Below, one piece after another: positions 16,010-27,000 of a DNA stretch of 61,690 nucleotides; the stretch's first letter is position 1, and every line of letters begins with the position of its first letter. Source of the DNA: a virus. Its lineage: Duplodnaviria; Caudoviricetes. The translations under genes and the position numbers were made by a program. Location of the stretch: positions 1 through 61,690 of IMG/VR virus record IMGVR_UViG_3300011430_000002. One strand, 5' to 3'. The notes under the pieces are model-generated. The model saw only the letters and a program-made list of their open reading frames with translations, was not told the DNA's origin and searched no databases.

Positions 16010-17483
16010 AATTCCCTTTGAAGCTACCAATGCGGAGCTGCCGCAGGATGCACGCTCGGCCAAGGAAGAGCTGTATCGGCTGCTGGAAGAGAAGGCCAAG
16101 CGTAAGCGCGAGTCGAAAATTGACGAGCTGTTCACCGACACCGGCCCCAACTCCCGCGAGAATTACCGCAAGCACATCCAGTTTTTCAACGCCGGCCGCG
16201 ACTACCGCGAGCGAGTCATCTTTGGTGGCAACCGTACGGGCAAGTCGGTAGCCGGCGCGACCGAGGTTTCCTACCACTTAACAGGTCTGTATCCCAACTG
16301 GTGGGCAGGCAAACGCTTCGGCCGGCCGGTGCAGGTATTGGCCTGTGGCAAGGAAGCGAAAATCACCCGCGACACCGTGCAGCAAATCTTGGTCGGCAAG
16401 CCGGATGAATTCGGTACCGGCCTGCTGCCCGGTAACTGTCTGGACCGTGACAAGTGCACCTCTTCCCGCGCCGCCGCTGGCCTGTTTGATGGCGTGCAGG
16501 TGCGGCACGTGTCTGGGGGCTGGTCGATGCTACGGTTTCGTTCCTATGACCAAGGGCGTACCGCCTTTGAGGGTGTGGAACGTGATGTCATCTGGGAAGA
16601 CGAGGAAGCCCCGCAAGACATCCACAACGAAAACATCATGCGCACCATGACCACTGGTGGCATTGTGCTCAACACCTTCACGCCGCTGAAGGGTGAGACG
16701 CCGCTGGTGCGTGACCTGCTGAACCGGGCCAAGGAAGGTACCGTGTTCTCCATCAACGTCTGGTGGGACGACGTAGGCCACATCACCAACGACATGATTG
16801 AGGACATGAAGAAACGCTACCCGAAGCATGAGCTGAGGGCGCGTCGCTTCGGTGAGCCGCAGCTGGGTTCAGGCGCCATTTTCACGGCTGACGAAGACAG
16901 CTATGTAATTCGCGCAGTACCCCTGCCCGACTACTGGCCGCGTGTGTTCGGGCTGGATTTTGGTTGGGTGCACCCCACGGCGGGCGCGTGGCTGGCGCAC
17001 GACCGCGAGACCAACACGATTTACGTGTACTCGGAGCACCGTCGTAGCCAAGCCGAGGTTGCTGTGCACGTGGGCGCCATCAAGGCGCGGGGTGACTGGA
17101 TACCGGGCATTGCTGAAACTGCAGGTACCAATCAGGCTGACGGCAAGCGCATGATTGAACTGTACAAGGGCCACGGCCTGAACTTGCGCAAGGTGGTCAA
17201 AGGCCCGGGCAGCGTGGAGTCGGGCATCATGCGCATCCAAGAACGGTTCAGCAACGGTACGCTGAAAATCATGGATACCTGCCCACAGCTCATCAGCGAA
17301 ATCCGTCGCTACCACCGTGATGAGAAGGGCGCCGTGGTGGAAGAGGCGGACGATTTGATTGACGCTTTACGTTACGGCGAGTCGGGGCTGAAGTACGCCA
17401 AGACCCGGGCTGAGGCGCGGGGTGGTCCAACAGGTGGCAATGTGCGGGAGATTAACTTCTTCCCCAGTCGGAGAATTGCGTGA
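15999..17483 (+). CDS. terL: Terminase large subunit
   Basis: GGNRTGKS Walker A, IWEDEE Walker B, TFTP, GLDFG and DDLIDALRY nuclease motifs. Confidence 0.95.
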   Translation: MLNEIPFEATNAELPQDARSAKEELYRLLEEKAKRKRESKIDELFTDTGPNSRENYRKHIQFFNAGRDYRERVIFGGNRTGKSVAGATEVSYHLTGLYPNWWAGKRFGRPVQVLACGKEAKITRDTVQQILVGKPDEFGTGLLPGNCLDRDKCTSSRAAAGLFDGVQVRHVSGGWSMLRFRSYDQGRTAFEGVERDVIWEDEEAPQDIHNENIMRTMTTGGIVLNTFTPLKGETPLVRDLLNRAKEGTVFSINVWWDDVGHITNDMIEDMKKRYPKHELRARRFGEPQLGSGAIFTADEDSYVIRAVPLPDYWPRVFGLDFGWVHPTAGAWLAHDRETNTIYVYSEHRRSQAEVAVHVGAIKARGDWIPGIAETAGTNQADGKRMIELYKGHGLNLRKVVKGPGSVESGIMRIQERFSNGTLKIMDTCPQLISEIRRYHRDEKGAVVEEADDLIDALRYGESGLKYAKTRAEARGGPTGGNVREINFFPSRRIA

Positions 17484-20044
17484 TGGCCAGCGTGAAAGGG
17501 TTGAAGTCAGCACCGAAGGAATCCAAGGCGAGCAAGGAAGAGCGACTGGAGGCTGACGCCAAGCGCGACGAAATGTTCGCGGCGCTGGAACGGGAGCTGG
17601 ACAAGGAGTTGGGTAAGGCCATTGCCGACAAGTCGCCAGTGGAGATTCGCATGCTGGCCGACGAGGCCCAGTATTGGGGCACCATTGGTGGCTTCGACAA
17701 GGAAGACGTGGTGGCCGGCCATGACCAGCTCACGCGGGCGAACCGGATGCCCACGGATAACAAAACTCGTAGCAAGACTCGCATCGCTGCTTCGCGCATT
17801 GGTGACATGCTGTTTCCGACCAACGCCCCCAACTGGGACATGCGCCCCAGCCCCTACCCCGATGTTCCTATTCCACTGCTGGTGGAGGAGTACCAGAAGC
17901 AGAAGGCGGCCGAGGCTGCTGCAGCCCCGCCAGCGCCCGAGATGCCCCCAGAGGCCATGGGTGGCCAGCCCCCGCCGGAAGCGGGGATGGGTGGCCCGCC
18001 CATGGTCACGGAGGACATGATGGCGATGGGTGGCGGGATGCCCCCACCGGACATGGGCGGCATGATGGCGATGGGTGGTGGGATGGGCGAGATGCCGCCC
18101 GAAGACCCCATGATGGGTGGCGGGATGCCGTCCATGGAAGACTTGGACTACGAACAGCTGGCCATGGAAGTGTCCACCAAGCGTTGCCGCAAGATGCGCC
18201 AGCTTATTCGCGACGCGTTGTCAGAGAACGACTATGCCAAGGTTGGCCGTGCCGTCATCATGGATGGCTGCAAGCTGGGCACCGGCATCGTCAAAGGCCC
18301 CTATGTCCGCTATCGCACCCAGCGCACCTACGAAGAGATAGATGACGGCCAAGGTCCAGTGACGGTGCTGAAGATGCAGCGGGTGGTGGAGCCGGCTGTA
18401 GCGCGGGTCTCGCCGTGGATGTTCTTCCCCCAACGCGCCCGCTGCATAGACGAGTGCGAGCACACCTTCGAATTGCACATCCTCAACCGCATGAAGTTGT
18501 CGCAGATGGTTGAAACGCACGGGTTCTTCCCACGCCAGACTGCCAAGTTGCTGAGCAAGCAACCCACCCTCGGGCAGATTGAGACGGTGCTGGCCCAACG
18601 TGCTGCCATCACCAACTACTCCATGGCGCGGTACGAGAACTGCTATGCGGTGTGGGAGTACCACGGCATTATCGACGCGAAGGTCCTACGCGAGATGGGC
18701 TTTGAAATTCCCGAGGAAGAAGACGCGCTGGACAACCTGCACAACTACATGGGCACCGTGTGGTTCAGTGAGCATGAAGTGCTGCGCATCGACATGGCTC
18801 CACTGGAAGCGCAGGACCGCGTGCCATACCGGGTGTGGAACTACGAAGAGGATGAGACCCACGTTTTCGGTTTCGGCGTGCCGTTCATCATGCGCGATGA
18901 CCAGTACGTTATCGACATGGTGTGGACAGCCATTCTCCATAACACCTCGGTGTCAGCGGGGCCGCAGTTGGCTGTCGAAAAAGGCTGCATGACGCCGGCC
19001 GATGGCAGCTACTCCATCCGTTCGCCCAAGCTCTGGTACAAGAATGACGTGGACGTGCCCATGGCCCAAGCCATGGAAGCCTTCATCGTTCCCAACACGT
19101 TGGGAAACACCATGCCGGTTTACCAGCAGGCGGTGAAGAACGCCGATGACAACACCCTGCTGCCGCACATGCTGGGCACCGGGCAGGCTACCGGGCAGGA
19201 ATCGGGCGCGTCGGGCATGGTGCACATCGCCATGATGAATCAGACCAACATCGTGCAGCGGCAGGCCGCGCACAACTGGGATGACAACATCACCGACCCG
19301 TTGATTACGGCCCTCTACCAGTGGTTCATGGAGTCCGACGACCCGGCGCACGAAGACGCCAAGGGCGACTTCAAGGTGGAGGTGCGTGGCGCTTCCCACC
19401 TGCTGGTCAAGGACACGCAAGCCCAGCACGTTCAGTTGCTCATGCAGATGGCGGCCAGCGACCCCGAGCTGCGCATGGAACTGAACATGAACGACGTGTA
19501 CCGGTTGTACCTGAATTTCTTGGACGTGCCGGTGGAAACGCTGGTCAAGTCGCCAGAGGAAGCGGCGGCTGAGAAGGCCAACCAACAGCCCGACCCCCTG
19601 CAGGAAGCCGAGGTCAACCTGAAGAACGCGCAGGCGCAGGCAGCCACGGCGCGGGCTGAGGCGGATAATTTGCGGGCGCAGGCCATGATGATTGAAGCCC
19701 AGCAGGGCCAGTCCATGGACATTGTTGACCACTCCGAGGTGATGGCGTTGGAGCTGCGCTATGCCGAGATGCGCGACAAGCAAAACGACCGAGATTTGAA
19801 GCTGCAGCTGGCGTTGATTGACCGCGAGACCCGGCTGATGGAGATTGCCAGCAAGGAAGGCATCGCCTATGAGCAAATGAACAAGCAGGTTTCCAGCGAG
19901 CGTGAACAGATGCTGGCCGACCTTCAGGTGACCAACTCCCAGCAGGCCAGCAAGGATTACTTCGATGCTGCCCGGTTGCGTCTGGACCAGTACCGGGAGG
20001 AGTTGAGGACCAAGAACGCCAGCAAGGGGTATGACTCGTTCTGA
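17480..20044 (+). CDS. Portal protein
   Basis: Follows TerL; GTGIVKGP and FGFGVP motifs; long helical C-terminus. Confidence 0.85.
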   Translation: MMASVKGLKSAPKESKASKEERLEADAKRDEMFAALERELDKELGKAIADKSPVEIRMLADEAQYWGTIGGFDKEDVVAGHDQLTRANRMPTDNKTRSKTRIAASRIGDMLFPTNAPNWDMRPSPYPDVPIPLLVEEYQKQKAAEAAAAPPAPEMPPEAMGGQPPPEAGMGGPPMVTEDMMAMGGGMPPPDMGGMMAMGGGMGEMPPEDPMMGGGMPSMEDLDYEQLAMEVSTKRCRKMRQLIRDALSENDYAKVGRAVIMDGCKLGTGIVKGPYVRYRTQRTYEEIDDGQGPVTVLKMQRVVEPAVARVSPWMFFPQRARCIDECEHTFELHILNRMKLSQMVETHGFFPRQTAKLLSKQPTLGQIETVLAQRAAITNYSMARYENCYAVWEYHGIIDAKVLREMGFEIPEEEDALDNLHNYMGTVWFSEHEVLRIDMAPLEAQDRVPYRVWNYEEDETHVFGFGVPFIMRDDQYVIDMVWTAILHNTSVSAGPQLAVEKGCMTPADGSYSIRSPKLWYKNDVDVPMAQAMEAFIVPNTLGNTMPVYQQAVKNADDNTLLPHMLGTGQATGQESGASGMVHIAMMNQTNIVQRQAAHNWDDNITDPLITALYQWFMESDDPAHEDAKGDFKVEVRGASHLLVKDTQAQHVQLLMQMAASDPELRMELNMNDVYRLYLNFLDVPVETLVKSPEEAAAEKANQQPDPLQEAEVNLKNAQAQAATARAEADNLRAQAMMIEAQQGQSMDIVDHSEVMALELRYAEMRDKQNDRDLKLQLALIDRETRLMEIASKEGIAYEQMNKQVSSEREQMLADLQVTNSQQASKDYFDAARLRLDQYREELRTKNASKGYDSF

Positions 20045-20081
20045 CCCCACATGACGGCTGACAACAAGAGGATAAGGTAGT

Positions 20082-20279
20082 ATGCTCGACCGCAATTCGC
20101 CGGCAGTGGCCAAGTTTCTGGACACCATCGACTCAGAAATAACTCGGCTTCACGTGGCCCTTGAACGGATAGGCAAGACCCCCTCGGAGTACGACATTTC
20201 CCGGGGCAAGATAAAGGCATTACGCCAAGTACGAAACATGATTTTAGGTGACGAGGAACCTGATGCCACAGCCGAATAA
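20082..20279 (+). CDS. Small hypothetical protein between portal and scaffold
   Basis: RGKIKALR helix; a CTGACA-17-TATGCT promoter candidate overlaps its start (20058-20086). Confidence 0.6.
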   Translation: MLDRNSPAVAKFLDTIDSEITRLHVALERIGKTPSEYDISRGKIKALRQVRNMILGDEEPDATAE

Positions 20280-21342
20280 TGCCGCCGCTCGCGACCCTGC
20301 CGAGGGAGTGGTACCCGAGGACGAAAGTTTCCTGTCCGACGAGGACATGTTTGAACAGGCGTTCAACGACAAGTACGGGCCTGACAACGGTGGGGAAGAG
20401 AACCCCGGGGATGAACCCGGTCAGCCTGAGTACGGCGCTCCACCGGAAGGTGGTCAAGAGCAGCCCGCTCCTGAAACCCCCCCAGCCCAAGCACCCACGG
20501 CCGCAGTAGCTGCGGAACCTGAATGGGTGAAGAATCTTCCTGATGAGGCCAAGGCCCATCTCAATCAGGTAGCCAACGAATTAACCAACCTACGTGGACA
20601 GTACACAGCTCTCCACGGCAGGCTGGCTCCAGTCCAACAGGAAAATGCCCGACTTCGCGGGCGGCTTACAGCGACGGCAGTACCGGCGCAGCAACCCGCA
20701 CAAGGCGCGAACTCGGGTAACGCCCAAGTTGGTCAGTCACCGCCGGGTGCTTTCAAGTTAGCGGATGTCGCGGAATTCAAGGAATTCCAAGACGCGTTCC
20801 CTGACGAAGCCAAGGCACTTGAAGCGGTGTTTGCACGTCAGACCCAGAACCTCACCTACTTGCAGCGGCAACTGGAGGGGGTTTCGCGGGGGTTGCAGGA
20901 AGTACAGCAGTCTTCTTTCAGCCAGAGACGGACGCAGGAATTGGCCCGGTTGTCGGATGCACACCCCGACTGGGCCACGGTACGCCCATCACGAGAATTC
21001 GCCGATTGGCTGCAGGCGCAGCCGGCTGAGATTGCTCAGTTCGCCGACTCTCCACGGGCCGACCACTGCATCTGGGTTCTGGACCGATACAAGGCTGATG
21101 CCTACATAGCCCAGCAGTTTTCCCAAGGGGGAGACTTGCAGCAACCCCAGCCCGGGATTGACGTTGCGCAGCAGACGCGGGTGCGCCGGCAACAGATTCG
21201 TTCCGCCCCTTCCTTGGACCCACAGCAAGCTGGTATTGGTGCCCCCAACGGGGACCCCGGCCAGTTCATGTCGGAAGAGGAAATCTGGAACGCGGAAGTT
21301 GAGAGACGGCTACGCCTGCAACGTGAGTCCAACCGTCGATAA
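20263..21342 (+). CDS. Capsid scaffolding protein
   Basis: Acidic and Pro-rich N-terminus, coiled coil, HPDW motif; just before the MCP. Confidence 0.7.
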   Translation: MPQPNNAAARDPAEGVVPEDESFLSDEDMFEQAFNDKYGPDNGGEENPGDEPGQPEYGAPPEGGQEQPAPETPPAQAPTAAVAAEPEWVKNLPDEAKAHLNQVANELTNLRGQYTALHGRLAPVQQENARLRGRLTATAVPAQQPAQGANSGNAQVGQSPPGAFKLADVAEFKEFQDAFPDEAKALEAVFARQTQNLTYLQRQLEGVSRGLQEVQQSSFSQRRTQELARLSDAHPDWATVRPSREFADWLQAQPAEIAQFADSPRADHCIWVLDRYKADAYIAQQFSQGGDLQQPQPGIDVAQQTRVRRQQIRSAPSLDPQQAGIGAPNGDPGQFMSEEEIWNAEVERRLRLQRESNRR

Positions 21343-21357
21343 TGGAGGAATAGGCAG

Positions 21358-22422
21358 ATGCCTACCTTAGCAAGACATTATGGCGGCACAGGCAACTACG
21401 GCGGTGCGCTGACTGGCCCGGGTAACCGTACGAATGTCTATGCCGAACTTGACCTTCTGGAACGTGCACGGCCCCAGCTGGTGCTGGACCTCGCATGCGA
21501 CAAGAAGAACATCCCTGCCAACAAGGCGGAAACCATCGCGTTCCGTCGTGCGGTCAACGCCATCGTCAGCACCACCACGGTGACCGAAGGTGTGACTCCG
21601 GCGTCCCGCGCTGTCGCCTACGAAGACGTGTTCGGCACCCTCGGTGAGTACGTCGAGGTCTACGAAATCACGTCCCGCATGCGCGAACTGGGTGAAGACA
21701 ACGCAATCCGCGATTCTTCCGACGTGCTTGGCGACCTCGTTGCCAACATCAAGGAAGCGGTGGGCTGGGCTGCCTTCATACAGGGAGCGAACGTCATCTA
21801 CTCTGGCGGCGTTGCGTCTCGCGCCACGGTGTTGGCGCCTATCTCCCTTGGCGACTTGCAGGAAGCGGTGCGTTCCCTGCTGGCTGCGAAGGCGATGCGT
21901 TACACCACGGTGGACCATGGTGGTCTGAACGAGAACACCTACCCCATCGAAGCGGCGTTTTACGCGTTCACCCACACCGACATGCACCCGGACATTCGCA
22001 TGCTGCCGGGCTTCCGCACCACAGCGGAGTACGGCGCGAAGAAAATCGTGTCCGAGTACGAGTTCGGTGCCATTGAAAACCTGCGTGTCATCACCACGCC
22101 CCAGCTGACGCCGCTCATCAATGCGGGCGCGGCGCTGGCCGGCGCGAACGTGAAGTCCACGGGTGGTGCGAACGCGGACGTGTACCTGATGATTGTGTGC
22201 GGTCAGCACGCATTGGGTACGGTGGACCTGAAGGGCGCGGGCAAGAAGGGCTATGGCGGCACAAAAATCAATGTGCTGACCGGCGCTTCGAAGTCCGACC
22301 CGGCCGACCAGCGGGCGTACGTGTCCTGCCGGTGGTGGGACCTCAAGCTCATCCTGAACGATGAGTGGGTGGTCCGACTGGAAGTGGCCTGCACGGACGA
22401 CCTGAGCCAGTTGTACGTCTGA
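21358..22422 (+). CDS. Major capsid protein, N4 gp56-like
   Basis: TEGVTP, YEFGAIENLRVI, DVY.MIV.GQ.A and DP.DQR motifs; followed by a terminator. Confidence 0.85.
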   Translation: MPTLARHYGGTGNYGGALTGPGNRTNVYAELDLLERARPQLVLDLACDKKNIPANKAETIAFRRAVNAIVSTTTVTEGVTPASRAVAYEDVFGTLGEYVEVYEITSRMRELGEDNAIRDSSDVLGDLVANIKEAVGWAAFIQGANVIYSGGVASRATVLAPISLGDLQEAVRSLLAAKAMRYTTVDHGGLNENTYPIEAAFYAFTHTDMHPDIRMLPGFRTTAEYGAKKIVSEYEFGAIENLRVITTPQLTPLINAGAALAGANVKSTGGANADVYLMIVCGQHALGTVDLKGAGKKGYGGTKINVLTGASKSDPADQRAYVSCRWWDLKLILNDEWVVRLEVACTDDLSQLYV

Positions 22423-22443
22423 TTCTGGACGTACTACTCCCCC

Positions 22444-22469
22444 GGGTGGGGCTTACGCCCCACCCTTTT
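22444..22469 (+). terminator. Intrinsic terminator after the MCP
   Basis: GGGTGGGGC-TTAC-GCCCCACCC-TTTT. Confidence 0.8.
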
Positions 22470-22489
22470 CACCGGAGAATTTGTTTCCC

Positions 22490-23248
22490 ATGGACTTTAA
22501 CAAAGCCGCTGAGAACGACTTCCGCGACGCTGAGCTTGAAGAGTTGCGGGCGTACTGCGACCACATCAAGCTGGAATACCACCCCAACATGAACGCTGAC
22601 ACTCTGCGCAAGAAGCTCACTGCAGCGATGGGGGAATACCGTGAGCTTTCCGGGGATGAACCCGGTCAGCCTCTGGTTGTTCCCAGTCAGCAAGCAGAGA
22701 TTCGTGCCTTGGTTGGCTTGAACCTGAAGCCCACGGGACGTTGGGAGGGCAGGCGTAGACGGATTACCTTGCACCGCTCCTTGAGCCACGACAACACATC
22801 ACGCCCCCAGTTTTTCGCATGGGGCCGGCTGCATGTGTACGTGCCTTTCGGCGTGGAGTGCTCGGTACCGTATCCCATTTTCAACATCCTCAAGGACACG
22901 ACCGGTCAGAAGCTGGAGCGCAAGCGCACGGTGGATGACGAAGGCCGCATCTTCTACCGGGATGTTTGGATTCCTTCGCAGCGGTTCATGTACGCTGACC
23001 ATGGCGACGACCCGGACACGGTTCGTTTGCCCGAGTCAGAGATTGACCGCATTGCACGCCTGCACCGACTCACGGACGGATTCGCCGGATTCTCCGAGCG
23101 ACAGTACCGGGCCATTTGCACCACGCTACGCTTGTCAGTTCCTGCAGTGAGTGGAATCGTCGGCATGCGCGGGGCCATTGAAGCGCGTTGTGGTATCGCC
23201 AATTCACCGGTGGACCTCAGCACGCCCGAGCGTACTGTCGCCGCATGA
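22490..23248 (+). CDS. N4 gp55-like protein
   Basis: LRAYCDHIKLEYHPN...TLRKKL and YVPFG...VP..IFNILK; position after the MCP. Confidence 0.5.
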   Translation: MDFNKAAENDFRDAELEELRAYCDHIKLEYHPNMNADTLRKKLTAAMGEYRELSGDEPGQPLVVPSQQAEIRALVGLNLKPTGRWEGRRRRITLHRSLSHDNTSRPQFFAWGRLHVYVPFGVECSVPYPIFNILKDTTGQKLERKRTVDDEGRIFYRDVWIPSQRFMYADHGDDPDTVRLPESEIDRIARLHRLTDGFAGFSERQYRAICTTLRLSVPAVSGIVGMRGAIEARCGIANSPVDLSTPERTVAA

Positions 23249-23257
23249 GGACGCGGC

Positions 23258-24016
23258 ATGACATTTCTGGAGTTGGTGCAGCAACTCGGTAGCGAAACCG
23301 GCACCGAGTTGGTATCAAAAATCACGTCGGTGGAGGTACCACCGGCGGCTGCCTATGGCGAGACCACGGAACACCGGTCTCGCCTTGTTCGTTGGGCACA
23401 ACGGGCATGGCTGGACATTCAGCAAGACCAGACCCAGTGGGACTTCATGGTGAAGCGCACCATGATTCATCTGGCCAAGGGCCAGCTTGTCTACGACCTG
23501 AAATTCCTCACTGACAGCTACAACTCCGCTGCTGGGGTGGACTACCCTTACGAGGCGCTGGTACCGTTCGTTGCTTCCAACGATGTTCGCTATGTTTGGG
23601 TGGTGGATTCCAAGCAGGGTTTCCCGGTTACCCGGAATCTTTGCTATTACGTTCCGCCCGAGCGTTTCTATGGCTACCTTGACCGGTCCAGCGACCGCAA
23701 CAAGGGCATCCCCGGTCGCTACTCGCTGACCCGTGACGGCTGCCTTGAGTTTGATTCCGCGCCCCCGCACGACGAGCTGCGACTTGAGTACCAGTACCGA
23801 GCCATGCCGCAGAAGCTGCTGGTGGATGCTGATGTGCCGCGTGGCCTACCGGAGAAGTTCCACGACCTGATTATCTACCGGGCCATGGTGCACTATGCCG
23901 GCTTCGATGAGAGCGCAGCACAGCTGCAGCGGGCGGCCAAGTTGTACCGTGACCTGATGAACAAGCTACGCCTTGAGCAGTTGCGTGAATACTCCATGGC
24001 CGGGACGGGGACCTGA
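23258..24016 (+). CDS. Head-tail adaptor / tail tubular protein A-like
   Basis: MTFLELVQ start, W.....W.DIQ and LPEKFHDLIIYRAM motifs. Confidence 0.75.
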   Translation: MTFLELVQQLGSETGTELVSKITSVEVPPAAAYGETTEHRSRLVRWAQRAWLDIQQDQTQWDFMVKRTMIHLAKGQLVYDLKFLTDSYNSAAGVDYPYEALVPFVASNDVRYVWVVDSKQGFPVTRNLCYYVPPERFYGYLDRSSDRNKGIPGRYSLTRDGCLEFDSAPPHDELRLEYQYRAMPQKLLVDADVPRGLPEKFHDLIIYRAMVHYAGFDESAAQLQRAAKLYRDLMNKLRLEQLREYSMAGTGT

Positions 24017-27000
24017 TGCCCGAGAACGTCATCCTTGATGGTGGCCTTGACCTGATTCGGGCACGCCCGGCTGTGCTGGCTGGGCGCATCCGCGAGTGCT
24101 TGAACTACGAGGTTGGCTACCGCCGTGGGAATACCCGCATCGACGGCTTTGAACGCTTCGATGGCACCACGTCGCCATCCAACACCACCGGATGGGTGTT
24201 GGAAGTGCCCAAGGTGGATGTGACCGGGTTGTTTACCACGCCCGAGGATTTGGTGTGGACGTTGGGGGTAGACTCAGGGAACGCTGGCACCTTGGTGCAA
24301 AGGGATGATGCTGGCGCCAACTGGCGTTTGTTCATCATTTTTCGCACGGGCTTGCTGCGCCCTACCTACGATGCCGTGGTCACTGGCGAGCAGTCGGGAG
24401 CCAGCTTCGTCCTTTCCGCTTCGTTGGCACCGAGCATCAAGAGCCTCCCCAAGTATTACACCACGCACGAGGAGTACATCGAGGCGCTGCATAGTTTCGC
24501 CGAAATTCTGCGCACGAAGGTGTTACCCGTTCCGGGTGTGGGCACCATCCTTGGTCTGCATTTCCATGAAGACCAGTTGTACGCCGTGCGTGACATCGCC
24601 GAGGTGACCCTGACCCCGGCCACCGCGTCGTCCTTGGAGCATGGGCAGTTCGTGTACAACGATGCTGACCAAGTGGGTGAGGTTGTCACCCTTGATGGAA
24701 CTACCGGGGTAACGCACATCGCACCGGTGGATACCTATGGGTTTGAGGCGAACAACGGCGCGGCCATCCACAGCGCCCTGACCGTTCGCTTCACCAACGG
24801 TACGGGTGCGTTTCCGAGGAACCATAAGGTGAAGGGACTTTCCAGCGGGTGGGAGGGCCTTGTTGGCCACATCCGGGTGGAGTTTGGCAGTTTCGCCGCT
24901 GGCGATGCCGAGGGCATTGCTGCGTTCATGGCCTTTGACCCCCTTGACCCTGCCAGTGTGGCCACGTTGGGCGAGACCTTCCAGAATCAGATTGATGGCA
25001 CCAGTACCATGGTTGTGTCTGCGAACTTGTTCGCATCGGGCATGTCCGTGGCCACGGTTGAAACCTTGTCGCCGTTGTCGGACATCGCCAGCCTGTGGCG
25101 CAGCTCTGAGGAAGGTTGGGTAGGCGCCCTGCCCCCCCGGTATTTAAGGTTTCAGCAGGCCGCCCCTTCCGACGTTGAGCCTCCGCTGAATAATTTCGTG
25201 CGTGAAGTTCGGGATGGCTTCCTGCCCACCACGGTGGTAAAGGTGGCTAATGGATACGGGCCTACCCCGGCATGGACTGGGGCGCTGACCGGGTTGCTGA
25301 CTGAGAACGCAGCGGGGCCAAATTACACGGCGGGAGCAACCATCACGCCGTCCCGTTCCGACGTGTTGCGAGTGGCTGGCTTCAATGCCGACTTGGCGGA
25401 AGGGGAGGTACTGTACGGGATTCGCTTGTACACGCGCATCGCGGGGTTCAGTGTTTGCCCGGCTACCTCGGGAACCTTGGAAGTGAAGTTGGCTTCTGGC
25501 TTTGGCGGCCGACCGACCTATCACTTCGCCACGGGTTGCGGCGGTGCGTGGCCGGTTGCGCCTTACCCCTCTGTGGCCAACACCGCGTTTGCGTGGAATG
25601 GTGGCCAAGAGATTACCCGTGAAATGGTGAATGACCCAGCGTTTGGGTTTGACTTGCAAGGGGTCAGGGTAGGTGGCGCAGCCGCCAACTTTTCCATCGA
25701 CGTGGTGCGGATGAGCCTGACCGTTGATGTGCCCGTGGGCAGCACGCTGTACTTGTGGGACCCCATCAATGCTGTGAGTCTTGGCACCTTGAGCGCCGAG
25801 TCGTTGGTGCTGGAGAGCGGGGGCTGGGACACTGATGATGCTGCCGGCCGCATCCGGCTGGATGGTACCGGACTCACCAACATCCCCGAAGGCACCGAGA
25901 TTCGTACGGCCCCCGGTGGGGCCGGTAACCGTGTTGCCGTGACCAGTGGGTCCACCACGACATTGACCCTGCCCGGCTCGCGCCTGTTACGTGCGCACAA
26001 CTCCCGGTACCAGTTCATCTCCCACAACTTCTATGCCAGCGAGGACCGCAACGCCATCTACGGTGTGAGCGGGGCTGGCCCGGCGTTCTGGTACGACGGT
26101 ACCACGCTGGACTTCATCTTCACCGGCGTGGACGAGGCGCTGGAGAAGCCGCGTCACTTGGCAGTGCATCTTACCCGTCTGCATCTGGGCTACCCGTGGG
26201 GCGAGGTGTACGCCTCGGCGCCCGGCGACCCGCTGAATTTTGCGGGTGAGGATTTCGCGGCCACCTATGGCTTCGGGGACAAGATAACGGGACTGATGCC
26301 GGCCGCTGGCGACGTGTTGGCCGTGTTCACCGAGTCGGCCACGCACGCGCTGGCTGGTGCGAACGGTGATGACGCCAATCCACCAAGGCAGACGGTCATC
26401 AATCATCGCGTGGGCGCCATTGAGTACACCGTGCAGAATGTAGGCAACCGGCCCATCTTCACCAGCTTCCGGGGTATTGAAACGCTGGAGACCATGGACC
26501 AGTTTGGCGACCTGTTCACCGCCCCGCTGACCCACGACATTGCGCCGTTTCTGCTCCGTCGCTTGCAGACGGCAGCGGGCGTGGAAGCTGCCAACGAGTC
26601 AGTAGTGAACTCCGTGGTGGTGCGGAATAAAAACCAGTATCGGTTGTTCTTCGCTGATGGTTACGTGGTCACGCTGACGCAGGTGGGTCCAGAGCGTGAG
26701 CCACAGAACACCATTCAGCGGTACTACTTCAACGACGACCAGCGCCAGTTTGCGCGTGTGTTTGCCACCGCGTCGGGGGTAACTTCTGATGGTCGGGACC
26801 GGGCGTTCTTCTCCGTGGAAGAGCGGCCCAATGTACCCGACCCGGATGCTTTCCTCGTGACGTTGCCGGAAACTGATTTCGTCTATGAGCTGGACCGGGG
26901 GCGTAGTTTCGACGGTGGTGAGATTGCGTCGTACTTCACCATGACCCACTATTTCAGCCAGCAACAGCAGGCCAGTATGGTGGAGAAACGTTACAACGTG

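Noticed and set aside
18953-20128. 391-aa antisense ORF over the portal
   Set aside because: Shadow frame of a GC-rich gene with no motifs
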